Shown here piece by piece: positions 26,400 to 37,006 of a stretch of DNA of 64,000 nt. Where the stretch lies: contig NC_092678.1 of NCBI RefSeq assembly GCF_964355755.1, positions 17,935,365 to 17,999,364 of the forward strand, in the 5' to 3' direction. The position numbers were made by a program, and so were the translations under genes. Each line of letters begins with the position of its first letter. The stretch's first letter is position 1. The notes below the pieces were generated by a model, which saw nothing but the letters and a program-made list of their open reading frames with translations, was not told where the DNA came from and did no database searches. This DNA is from Antedon mediterranea. Its lineage: Eukaryota > Animalia > Echinodermata.

Positions 26400-26620
26400 G
26401 GACATTTACAGCACGCTGCCACGAACACCAAACAGTCACTATTAACATAATAATAACTGTTTACCTAACCAATGAATGAATATGTTAACAAAAGGTAGAA
26501 GTGTGCACTACATTATACCCCTTTTACAAAATGAGCTGGTCCATTATTGGAGCGTCGTCGTGTACGTCCGGCCGTAGGATCGGAATTGACTCCGCCTCCT
26601 GCGGTCGGACGGTATGGTAC
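26400..26620 (-). promoter_or_regulatory. Probable SLC35C1 promoter/5' region (duplicated at 23497-23717)
   Basis: CpG-rich patch in AT-rich DNA immediately upstream of the ATG, with CCAAT/ATTGG boxes (~26468, ~26546). Confidence 0.4.
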
Positions 26621-27747
26621 CAAATCATATTTAAAATTTAATAAAATTTTTTTAAATACTGTTTTGTTTCAGTAACAGACCCTTTAATTGTTAAAATTCC
26701 GGGAAAGCTAAATTATTATGTTATTTTAATCTTAGTTGGAAACTGATGGTGAAAACTAATTACTGTATAAGTACTGCAAGCTGCCAGCACTGTATTTGAA
26801 AAAAACATTGATAAATACCACAAACACAAACAAACAAAATTAACGTTCATAACATGTATTTAATGGTATCCTCCAAAAACTAATTTGACACTTCTAAAAA
26901 AACCCTCAACCTCAGAGCATGCTGAATTACTGTAGAGAGCATGGTGCCAACATACACAACGTCGAAAAAGAAGACCATCTCAAAAAGAAGCCCCTCTCTT
27001 TGGTTTGGAAAAATAATCCCGAAAAGAAGCCCAACTGATTGAAATCAAGCCCACTGGGCTTCATTTCAAAATATGCCAGATGCAGACTAAAATGTATGAT
27101 TCTCAATCTCATAGATTTTCCGCTCATATCGTTTCAAATAAATTAATAAACTTTTTCAGTATATCACCGGGCAGTTTAGAATTTGTTCTGTGCCAGTTGT
27201 ATGGGTTTATAAAAGCGGTCTAATGGTTAGGACGGGAATCTGCATATAAAGGACATCACACTCTTTTTGTCAAACTTATGATACTGATAGTGTAGATAGA
27301 GCTTAAAATTTAAACATAAACACAAATTGTTTTGAAGTTCAACAAAACACAGATCTTCATAATTCCACAAAATCAAATGGCTGCTATTTAAGATGCATAT
27401 TATGTAAAAGAAAATACAAGGTAGGCCTGTATTGTTTATATTTTCTACACATGTATTATAAACCCTAAATAGATTCCTGTCATATGATTGGACGATTGTG
27501 GGTTACGGTATATTATAAAAAAATAATTGCCCTATTTTTACTATAATTCCACTCATATTCATTATTTGTATACTACTATATATCGGTATTATTATTACTT
27601 TCATTTAATTCATTTTAAAATTGTCTTTATACAACATCTCTACCTCCCCTTTAGATAAAAAAAGTTTGTGGATTATGATGCATCAGGAATGACTTGTAAA
27701 CTCCAAACACGCCTTCCATATTTTTAGGATTACTATTCCACACCTTG

Positions 27748-27798
27748 TCATAACTTTAGTCCTTTCTTTGTTAGATCTTGTTTTGCTTCCTCAATTTC
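27748..27798 (-). CDS. DPM3: Dolichol-phosphate mannosyltransferase subunit 3, coding exon 4 (last)
   Basis: ttattAG|EIEEAKQDLTKKGLKL*; matches the DPM3 C-terminal coiled coil (QIQEARADLARRGLRF type). Confidence 0.92.
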   Translation of the reverse strand, partial: EIEEAKQDLTKKGLKL

Positions 27799-27837
27799 CT
27801 AATAAAAAAATAAAAAAATTATTGGTATAATAAACTT

Positions 27838-28702
27838 AAGCACTGTCTACACTAGTGTGATGTGCCTAATACAGTAGTGATATGCAAAAATATTTTAGTG
27901 ATATGACATCATCATGTCCATGTGGACATCACATTTGTTTGTAACATATAAAGTTTAATAGTGTAGACACAGCTTAAAGCTTAAAGTTCGACAACAAAAA
28001 TGTGATGTGCCTAAATATGGTAGTGATATGCCTAAATATGGTAGTGATATGCCTAAATATGGTAGTGATATGCCTAAATATGGTAGTGATATGCCATCAT
28101 CATGTCCATATGATAGTGATATGCCTAAATATGGTAGTGATATGACATCATCATGTCCATATGATAGTGATATGCCTAAATATGGTAGTGATATGACATC
28201 ATCATGTCCATATGATAGTGATATGCCTAAATATGGTAGTGATATGACATCATCATGTCCATATGATAGTGATATGCCTAAATATGGTAGTGATATGACA
28301 TCATCATGTCCATATGATAGTGATATGCCTAAATATGGTAGTGATATGACATCATCATGTCCATATGATAGTGATATGCCTAAATATGGTAGTGATATGA
28401 CATCATCATGTCCATATGATAGTGATATGCCTAAATACCTGTATGGTAGTGATATGACATCATCATGTCCATATGATAGTGATATGCCTAAATATGGTAG
28501 TGATATGGCTAAATATGGTAGTGATATGACATCATCATGTCCATATGATAGTGATATGCCTAAATATGGTAGTGATATGACATCATCATGTCCATATGAT
28601 AGTGATATGCCTAAATATGGTAGTGATATGACATCATCATGTCTATATATGGGCACATCACATTTTTTTGTCACATAGTTTGATAGTGTAGACAGAGCTT
28701 AA
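27838..28702. repeat. MITE family (TIR GCTCTGTCTACACTATCAAAC): one short copy plus one copy whose interior is expanded into a 21/45-bp minisatellite; other copies near 8161-8292, 27250-27303, 49320-49487, 59170-59283
   Basis: Units GCCTAAATATGGTAGTGATAT and GACATCATCATGTCCATATGATAGTGATAT repeated 28009-28650. Single copies of the same interior lie between AGCTCTG..ACAC / GTGTAGACAGAGCT ends elsewhere. Confidence 0.85.
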
Positions 28703-29640
28703 AACTCTTTTCAAAGGTATTTGAAAAAAACAATATGATAAATGACAACACCAAATTGTGTGGCATCGAATTTTTGTTTTCAAAGTAGGTATTGAAATTG
28801 AGAAAAGCTAATTTAACCAACAGTCAACATTTCCATGACTACAAATCTGCAAATTCATTTGTTAAAAAGAGCATTTAGAGAAAAATTTGAGAACTGTTCA
28901 TTTAGATGGTTATTAACGCCAGTAATGCTATTCAAATGGGCAACATTACAATAAAGGTATTAGACAAACTGTCAAATTTTGGAAACATAAAATCAATTAA
29001 ATTCAAATCAACAGAATATTTTATTTTTAAGTAATTTTCTCTTGTTGATTCTTTCTTACTTGTCTTTCTTTCTACATAACCAAACTAGCTTGATCATGAT
29101 CAGTAAGCATAATCAACGTTCAATTTAAACTTACATATTGTCTTTCTTATTGGTCTTTCTTTCTACTGTACTAGGTGAATAGTGTTACTCTAATGCTCCA
29201 CTTAATCTCATTACAGTGATTAATTTGATACATTAATTTGATTTCTTTTTGGTTCACATAACCAAACTAGCTTGATCATGATCAGTAAGCATGATCAAAG
29301 TTCAATGTGAACTTACATATTGTTTTCAGAATAACAAATTGTACACAGAAATATTTGAGAACTAACTAAACCATTAAATAACTACCATATTTAAACAGGT
29401 GGTGCTACATTAACATAAATTAACAATTACCATACTACCAAAAAGCAATATCAATAAATGAAAAGATGATACAGTATTAATTTTCAAAATATGTTTTCCA
29501 GCTAAATCTAATTATTAAATAGTAATAGATGAATTTTCAAAATGTGTTTTAGTCTAATTCTCTAGATCCGTTTCTCAAAAATAAGCCCACTGGGCTAATG
29601 TTTACGATTTTCTGTGATATTTTCGTTAAACCTACAGTAC

Positions 29641-29718
29641 CTTTCGTAGTGATTCAGCAGCTTCCTCGCAATCATTAAACGTAGCGACCCGGTAACCAAT
29701 GACAATTAACGAATAACT
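29641..29718 (-). CDS. DPM3: DPM3 coding exon 3
   Basis: tcttAG|SYSLIVIGYRVATFNDCEEAAESLRK|GTACTG, with the DPM3 signature GYRVATFxDCExAA. Confidence 0.95.
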
Positions 29719-29788
29719 CTAAGAAACAACACAAAAATAATATACTGTACTGTAATTAATACCAACATTTATTGAATATACAGAGGGC

Positions 29789-29933
29789 TAAATAAATCCT
29801 TTTGTTTGACAAATCCAAATGAAATTACTCGCATTCTTTAGCTTTCGCCATCTTGGCTGATGGCTTGATCACAAGTGATCCGGTCCAATGCTACTTCCTT
29901 CATTTGGATTTGTCAAACAAAATGATTTATTTA
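29789..29933. mobile_element. ~145-bp hairpin MITE
   Basis: AAATAAATCCTTTTGTTTGACAAATCCAAATGAA / TTCATTTGGATTTGTCAAACAAAATGATTTATTT inverted arms. Confidence 0.65.
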
Positions 29934-30159
29934 TTAACTACAATCCTACAAAATGCACGTATTCACGGATATAGAGGGCCCCCATAAATAAAAGCCCCCC
30001 CATAGAACATCATTTGGAATAAATACCCTCATGTTTATTTATTTCCTCACATAAACACCTTGCCACATGGAAACAAGATAGTAGTAGAATTTCTTGATTT
30101 ACTAAGCATTTTGATACCATTTTTCTACTCTATTTTTTCACTTCTTGATATATTAATTG

Positions 30160-30325
30160 TGTCTGTCACAAAGGATGAAAGTCATCCTCTTTTCGAGAGG
30201 ATAAACTGTCACCTGAATGTGACAAGTGGCAGATATCGTCTGCCGGCCTCCCGCACTAAACAATATCTTACTCTCCTTCCTTCCACAGCCATTAAACTTT
30301 CAAATCAAATCAAATCAGATCAAAT
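30160..30325 (+). mobile_element. CR1/L2/Rex-group LINE extreme 3' end with (CAAAT)n tail
   Basis: DESHPLF..SGRYRLPASRT....LP.TAIKL, typical of an ORF2 C-terminus, followed by caaatcaaatcaaatc. Confidence 0.55.
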
Positions 30326-30659
30326 TGATACGCCCTTATCTTTCAGTATTTTTATTTCGTTGGGGCGACTTTTTCTCATTCTCAAAGATTTCCTCATCTT
30401 TATCGTATAAAATTAATTAATTAAATTTCAGTATATCACCGGGCGGTTTAGAATTACTGTTCTTTGCCTGATTTGTTTATATATATAAAAGTATCACTTC
30501 GGAGATCCCGCCTCGTGAATAAAAATACTGAAAGATGAGTGCGTATCAATTTGATCTCTGTTGCGCGTGCGTACAACTGAGGACTAGTGCTGTTCCGCCG
30601 TACCACGCCGAGAATGTTGAAGAAGCACTATCCAATCGAGTTCGAAAAATACCATGAAA

Positions 30660-30731
30660 GCCCCAGTGGTCTAATGGTTAGGACATCTGCATATCAAGCA
30701 GGCGGTCCGAGTTTGAGTCTCGGTTGGGGCG
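30660..30731 (+). pseudogene. tRNA-like cloverleaf (anticodon ATC), most likely the tRNA-derived module of a repeat rather than a functional tRNA
   Basis: Acceptor GCCCCAG/TTGGGGC, D-arm GTCT..GGAC, anticodon stem TCTGC/GCAGG with loop ATATCAA, T-stem CCGAG/CTCGG. A-box TGGTCTAATGG, mutated B-box (GTTTGAG), followed by TTTTT. Confidence 0.7.
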
Positions 30732-30784
30732 ACTTTTTCTCATTCTCACAGATTTCCTCATCTTTATCGTATAAAATTATAATA

Positions 30785-30824
<40 letters not shown>

Positions 30825-31547
30825 AATATGTTTTATTGTAATGTAATTTCAATTGTATTGTAATTGCTGTAATTTTGAATGCAAGCAATGGAATTTCCAA
30901 AAATGGATAAGAATAAAGTTTGAATCGTTGAATCTAATTGTGTTGTATTTTTTTTATATCTAAGGGTATTTATTTGATTACATGTTGTTACCATATAATA
31001 TTACACCCACAAAAATAAACACCTTAATAAAATAAACGGCTCCATAAAAACCCTCCTCGAGGGAGGGAATGATGTTCTATGGTGGAGGGGTGGGGGGGTA
31101 TTTATTTGATTATACAGTACATGTCAACATATAATGTTACTTCCCTCAAATAAACAACTCCCTCTAATAAACACCTCCTTTTTGTTGTATCCCATCCCCT
31201 CCGATACAACTCCCAGCTTTCGTCAAACATTCATTTTTTTATTTATTCACTTTTGTTCAATTTAAAAATTCATCTATTCAGCAAATATCTGGATACAATC
31301 TGCATCTTGATAATAATTATTTATAAAAATATAATATACAATAACAGGGAAAAATTTCATTTGAAAATTTTGTTTAGCAAAATTGCTATCAAACTGATTT
31401 TTTAGTCAAGAAACATAGTTTTGTATTGTATTTTTTGCTACACAATTGCAGAAATGTGTAGCAAAAAGGTTGTTTTGTATAGCTTTTTGCTATGCTACAC
31501 TGGCGAAATTATTCCCTGAATAATATAATAATATTTGATTATTATTA

Positions 31548-31824
31548 CCGTTTATCCTCTGGTATAATCCCACTACCCTAGAGCACGAAATTTGGCCAAT
31601 TTTGGTGGGTTGGGAATATACCCAGAAAAAGCCTGATTCAGGAAAGAAAATTATTGATAAGCATTTCTTGTAAAACCTCATCTAAACTGCCTAGAGAGAG
31701 GCCTACATCAATCAAAAGTCAATACTGGGACAATACACGAGGATACGCCTGTTTGTGAAATTAGACATACAGTGAGTAAGTGGTGGGATTAAACCAGAAG
31801 TGGGATTATACCTGAGGAATACGG
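31548..31824. mobile_element. Tc1/mariner-type MITE
   Basis: TA|CCGTTTATCCTCTGGTATAATCCCAC ... GTGGGATTATACCTGAGGAATACGG|TA. Confidence 0.7.
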
Positions 31825-31924
31825 TATAAATGTCAAATTGGTGTCTAAAATTCCCATGGTTTTATAAATTTTATTGATGTACACGTTAAACAGAAAAGGT
31901 TAGTAACGGTAATAATTTACTTAC

Positions 31925-31954
31925 CCCAAAGGCTATTAACAAATAGACAGGCAT
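31925..31954 (-). CDS. DPM3: DPM3 coding exon 2 (30-nt micro-exon)
   Basis: ttttacAG|MPVYLLIAFG|GTAAGT; corresponds to the LPAYLLVSAG-type segment of DPM3. Confidence 0.93.
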
Positions 31955-32195
31955 CTGTAAAATAAACAAAAAACTTGTTAAATTCAAGTCCTTTACCATG
32001 GTACTGAGCTCGCCTTGCCAAGATAGGAACTCGTAACACTAACAGTCCTTTGATCTTACTGTACGTCTGGCTGCAACAAATACCAACAGTACTGTACTAT
32101 GTACATATTCTCAGCGGTGCTCTGTGTCTGTTAAGGGCATGGGACTGATCATGTCGCAGCCACATATAAACCCTTTGATCTCCGGAGCTGAGCTA

Positions 32196-33236
32196 ACTAT
32201 TGGTTTGGTTACTACTTACAGGCCACAGTACTTCAGAGTCTATTGGTTTGGTTACTACTTACAGGCCACAGTACTTTATATATCCTAGAGTCTATTGGTT
32301 TGGTTACTACTTACTAATACAGGCCACAGTACTTTATATATCCTAAAGTCTATTGGTTTGGTTACTACTTACAGGCCACAGTACTTCATATATCCTAGAG
32401 TCTATTGGTTTGGTTACTACTTACAGGCCACAGTACTTTATATATCCTAGAGTCTATTGTTTTGGTTACTACTTACAGGCCACAGTACTTCATATATACT
32501 AGAGTCTATTGGTTTGATTACTACTTACAGGCCACAGTACTTCATATATCCTAGAGTCTATTGGTTTGGTTACTACTTACAGGCCACAGTACTTCATATA
32601 TCCTAGAGTCTATTGTTTTGGATACTACTTACAGGCCACAGTACTTCATATATCCTAGAGTCTATTGTTTTGGTTACTACTTACAGGCCACAGTACTTTA
32701 TATATCCTAGAGTCTATTGTTTTGGTTACTACTTACAGGCCACAGTACTTTATATATCCTAGAGTCTATTGGTTTGGATACTACTTACAGGCCACAGTAC
32801 TTCATATATCCTAGTGTCTTATTGTTTTGGATACTACTTACAGGCCACAGTACTTCATATATCCTAGAGTCTATTGTTTTGGATACTACTTACAGGCCAC
32901 AGTACTTCATATATCCTAGAGTCTATTGTTTTGGATACTACTTACAGGCCACAGTACTTCATATATCCTAGAGTCTATTGGTTTGGATACTACTTACAGG
33001 CCACAGTACTTCATATATCCTAGAGTCTATTGTTTTGGTTACTACTTACAGGCCACAGTACTTCATATATCCTAGAGTCTATTGGTTTGGATACTACTTA
33101 CAGGCCACAGTACTTCATATATCCTACAGTCTATTGGTTTGGATACTACTTACAGGCCACAGTACTTCATATATCCTACAGTCTATTGGTTTGGATACTA
33201 CTTACAGGCCACAGTACGTCATATACCCTAGAGTCA
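32196..33236 (-). repeat. 52-bp tandem array (~20 copies) comprising the end of DPM3 coding exon 1 plus its GTAAGT donor
   Basis: Minus-strand unit ACTCTAGGATATATGAAGTACTGTGGCCT|GTAAGTAGTA(A/T)CCAAACCAATAG; the terminal copy is the real exon end. Confidence 0.95.
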
Positions 33237-33328
33237 ATTTGTACTGGTACCAGATTGAATACAAGTGATGCCCAGACACTAACGAATAATGAAAGCCCAA
33301 TCAGCCACTGCATCAATTTTGTTGCCAT
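33206..33328 (-). CDS. DPM3: DPM3 coding exon 1
   Basis: MATKLMQWLIGLSLFVSVWASLVFNLVPVQIDSRVYDVLWP|GTAAGT matches the DPM3 N-terminus (MTKLxQW...VLWP). An acceptor caccAG at 33336 implies an unlocated upstream non-coding exon. Total 41+10+26+16 = 93 aa. Confidence 0.95.
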
Positions 33329-33404
33329 TGTGAATCTGGTGATAGAAAATAACATGGTTTTTACTTCCCTATCTTCGTAGGTACGTTTTCATAAGACTCC
33401 TTCA

Positions 33405-34385
33405 CTTTGTATTGTATTTTGACTTTCAAAAGGCTTTTGATAAAGTTCCACATAGCAGATTAGTTTTACGGAATATCTGATAACTTACTGAATTGGAATG
33501 AGGCATTTTTAAAAGATCGAAGACTGAGGGTTGTGGTAAATGGAGTCATGTCCGAATGGCGTAATGTATCCAGTGGGGTGCCCCAGGGTAGTGTCTTGGG
33601 CCCCTCGTTATTTGTATTAATGACCTACCCCAATCTGTTGTTGATTCTTATATTAAATTGTTTGCCGACGATACCACCAAGCTATATAGAGTAGTAAGTA
33701 ATGAGTGGAATATGTTTAAATATTATATAGGAGGGGGTTCGTATCGAGTTGAAATTGCAGAGGTTAATGTATTGTGGAATCGGACCTTGGTATTTTGTTT
33801 GATCGGAAACTGTATTTCTCAGCTCATTCTGTTAAAGTTGCGAGAGCAGCTAATAGAAGATTGAGTCTGATTAAAAGATCATTTAAATATCTTGATAGCG
33901 CGGGATATATACGTTTATATAAGTCTATGATTCGACCGGTTATGGAATATGGTAGCTGGGTTTGGAAGCCTAGATATTAGAAAGACTCAGATTTACTAGA
34001 GAAAGTCTAACAGAGATGTACTAGATTGATTAAGGATTTGAAGGATAAAGAATATGTAGATAGGCTGAGGGCTTTAAATTTACCTACATCATTATTCAGG
34101 AAAAAAAAAGCAGATGTTATTCAGACCTATAAGATTTTTCAAGGTATTGATTCTTTGGATCCTGATAGATTATTTAAGAGATCTGAGTATTCTAAGACTA
34201 GGCCTAGAGGTCATCCATTCAAAGTATATAAATCTAAAACAAATTTTAAGGAAGAAGTATTTTGCTTCTCGTGGAGTGAATGATTGGAACTTCCTTCCCA
34301 GTAATAAAGTTGTTTGTCGGGGTTCTGTCAATAAATAAGTTTAAAGCGGGTATTGAGAAGTTCTGGTCTGGCCACAATTTAAATA
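33405..34385 (+). mobile_element. Decayed CR1-group LINE reverse transcriptase fragment
   Basis: DFQKAFDKVPH, VSSGVPQGSVLGP.LF, KLFADDT, DLGILFD.KL.F, LYKSMIRP.MEYGS.VWKP, RGHPFK; many frameshifts and stops. Confidence 0.9.
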
Positions 34386-34489
34386 ATTAAAAACTCTCAA
34401 TAAAATGAGAAAGTTGGTCATTCAAAATACTGAAGATTGGTTTTGTGTAAATGTGGGACGATTCGGCCTGCAAAGTGGTCCCACTAAAA

Positions 34490-35185
34490 GGAATACCGTC
34501 GTGTTCGGCCGCCAACGAGTTCGGCCGCATGTATTTAGTATGGAACGCCAGGCTTGCTTGCTTGCATTGTTTATATTAAATGCGTTGTTTAGATTTGCGA
34601 TCTCCGTGGCTTATTCCATTAAAAAAATAGGGGTGCATTGCTTTACCGATTTTTCTCTACATTTGTATTATTGTATATAATATTACGATTTCTCTTTAGA
34701 TACAGTTAGATTCATCACAGATAGAGAAAAATGAAAATTATTTTATTATATACAATCTTAACACATTTATACATACTTAATGTATTATTAACTGATTTAA
34801 TGGTCATTTCTGTTTTTATTAGAACACATTAGGCCTGCAAGAGTAAATGTACAAGACACAAGTACAAGTTTATTGCCCGTTTAAGATTATTATTATAATA
34901 ATAAACGTATATCTAAATCATTTAAAATAGATTCAAATATATCCACACCACAGCATTCTAAATAATACTTATATCACAGAAAGTAATATGATAATACGCC
35001 GTACATTTTATGTCGGTCAATTTTTATCGATCACGTTAGAATGCACTCACATTTTTAGAATGGAATAACCCAATGAAAAGACCAAACGGAAGTTGATGCA
35101 TCGTTGGCGCTCCATACATAGCGCCTTATATGGGCATTCAAAACATTGCGGCCGTAACCGTTTGCGGCCGAACACGATGTACACC
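34490..35185. mobile_element. Merlin-like MITE nested in another short TIR element (~34455-35252)
   Basis: TIRs GGAATACCGTCGTGTTCGGCCGC / GCGGCCGAACACGATGTACACC flanked by a near-identical 8-mer (CACTAAAA / CACTAGAA). Outer GGACGATTCG / CGAATCGTCC. Confidence 0.6.
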
Positions 35186-35480
35186 CACTAGAAGTAGGCC
35201 GAATAGTCCAGGGCCGAACGAATCGTCCTGGAACCGGGCCTAGGCCTAGCTAGTCTAGCCGGTACGCACTCCGGCGAGCCTCTCCTCTTCCTGCACACAC
35301 ACGCGTTTAATAGCCTGCTGTGTAAGTAGTAGGCCTAGCCTAGCCCTTATAGCCTACTAGTTATCTATGAATAAACCTGAAAGAAATTATTTGGTTCAGC
35401 ACATGTTTTTTTATACTAATAATAGGGTTATTTAATAGCCTCCTACTTACTAGGTTAGGCCCTAGGCCTACTAATACTGT

Positions 35481-37006
35481 CAAAGATAGTGTAGTAGGAA
35501 GATGTTACACTTCCTATTCGTTCAATGCAAATAAAAGCGAGATAACATGGAGCTAAATTTAAAGGGCGCCTCGCACGTCGAGTGGGGATACGGAAAGTTA
35601 TATATTATAACAGTAGAATAATAATATGATTGTAAAATTAAGATTTAATACGAATTAACATATAAAATGTAATGTTATCTTTATAGAAAGTGCAAATGAA
35701 TCATATTTATATGCTTTGGAATACAAATTTGTGTTTCAATTACCTGGAATTGTTTAGGTACCTGGAATTTATCTACCCGTATTATTTCTTTTATTTTAAT
35801 GTTTTTATTATCATCAAATCAATTGAACTTTTTAAAATTATTTACATTTAATTGTTTATCATCGGAAACAGATAGAGAATTTAATACCTAGCTTTAGAAA
35901 CACTTCTTCATCAGAGTGAATACATATATTAGGAGCCTAGTGGTAAATAGGTACAATGTGTATGCCTATATAATAATCGATTACGTATGGTTTATTTCTA
36001 AGGGTAATAAAAGAGAATGTGTAGTATGCCATGTAATCAATAATCAATCAATATTTATTGTAATCAATAATATTATACAAATAGTTGATCTGCATACACT
36101 GAATACGGTAACCAATAGGCTTGAACATTATAGGAATTTAGGACTACGAGTTTTTTTACTGAAATAATACTGTAACCCGTTTAACACTCCGAACTTTAGT
36201 GCATTCAACGTAATTTTATATGCCATGATTGTAACGCCTAAAATTATTGATAATATTAATTATGCCAATAAGTTCATTATTAGTAATTAAGGTTATATAA
36301 AGGAAAAAATATAAATAGGGAGGCCTACTTTACCCGCTTTTATTATACTACCCAAATGTTCTATCATAGAAGTTTTAGAATTCTATGTTAATCTATAGAA
36401 ACAGATAATTTCTACTATAGAAATGAATTTACAGATTCTACCCCTAGAGTTTTATAGAAATTGCTTTATAGAAAATATTGAAATTGCAGAAGAATTGCTA
36501 TCATTTATTCATAAATCATATTGTTTGCCAACAACAATACTGTATACTGTAAAATGACTTCAGACTTGACTGGGGTTTACCAAGATGGGTAAGTGTTGTT
36601 ATGGGTACGGGTTGGTTTGGGTACGAGATGACCAGCATCCATTCATGAATGCCTCTACAGGCGCGCGTAAGCCTCCTCCTGATCCTAGCTCAGTGTTCAC
36701 AGTCATGTCATGCCAAAACTCACTCCAAATAAATGTAGGCCTATTAACAATTAAAAAGATCCAAAAACAGTATGAAAACATCATATTAATTTTTAACTTT
36801 GTATAATAAAAACAAAAAAGAAGTTTTTGTTTTGTTTTTTGTGGCTTATTTTTACAATTTATTGCCGAAAACACCATTTTCATTGAGCCATTGCGCTCCT
36901 CATGTTTGAGATTCGTCTATTCCTACTCGTCGTGAGAGGCGCCCTATCTCGAGCGGTTCTCTAATTTTTGAGCGAAGTGTAACATCTTCCTACTACACTA
37001 TCTTTG
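35481..37006. mobile_element. Non-autonomous DNA transposon with perfect 33-bp TIRs (P-like CAAAG termini)
   Basis: CAAAGATAGTGTAGTAGGAAGATGTTACACTTC / GAAGTGTAACATCTTCCTACTACACTATCTTTG, plus subterminal inverted GGGCGCCTC..CACG.CGAGT. TSD not clean. Confidence 0.75.

Larger units (their letters stand above)
21314..27119. repeat. Tandem duplication of 2,903 bp (21314-24216 and 24217-27119) containing most of intron 1, exon 1 and the promoter of SLC35C1
   Basis: Every ORF in 21629-24209 recurs with offset 2903. No differences were noticed by eye. Junction at ...catagatttt|tcattacataaatc. Confidence 0.97.

Noticed and set aside
27955-28678. 223- and 239-aa repetitive ORFs
   Set aside because: Translation of a MITE-derived satellite whose unit lengths are multiples of 3.
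30577-30660. CTGAGGA...stem...CGAAA as an intact hammerhead ribozyme
   Set aside because: Stem II does not abut GAAA and no stem III/UH or stem I can be formed; at best a degenerate relic.
30660-30731. Functional tRNA-Asp(ATC) gene
   Set aside because: T-loop lacks the conserved C (TTTGAGT), position 32 is a purine, the anticodon is disfavoured, and it is embedded in a dispersed repeat with decayed relatives.
32196-33200. Array of 22-nt alternative micro-exons (AG|GATATATGAAGTACTGTGGCCT|GT)
   Set aside because: Intervening segments are only 30 nt and lack a polypyrimidine tract, and 22 nt would shift the frame.
13630-33236. CRISPR-like appearance of the regular arrays (129, 30, 52 bp)
   Set aside because: Units are contiguous with no unique spacers, no cas genes are present, and the context is eukaryotic.
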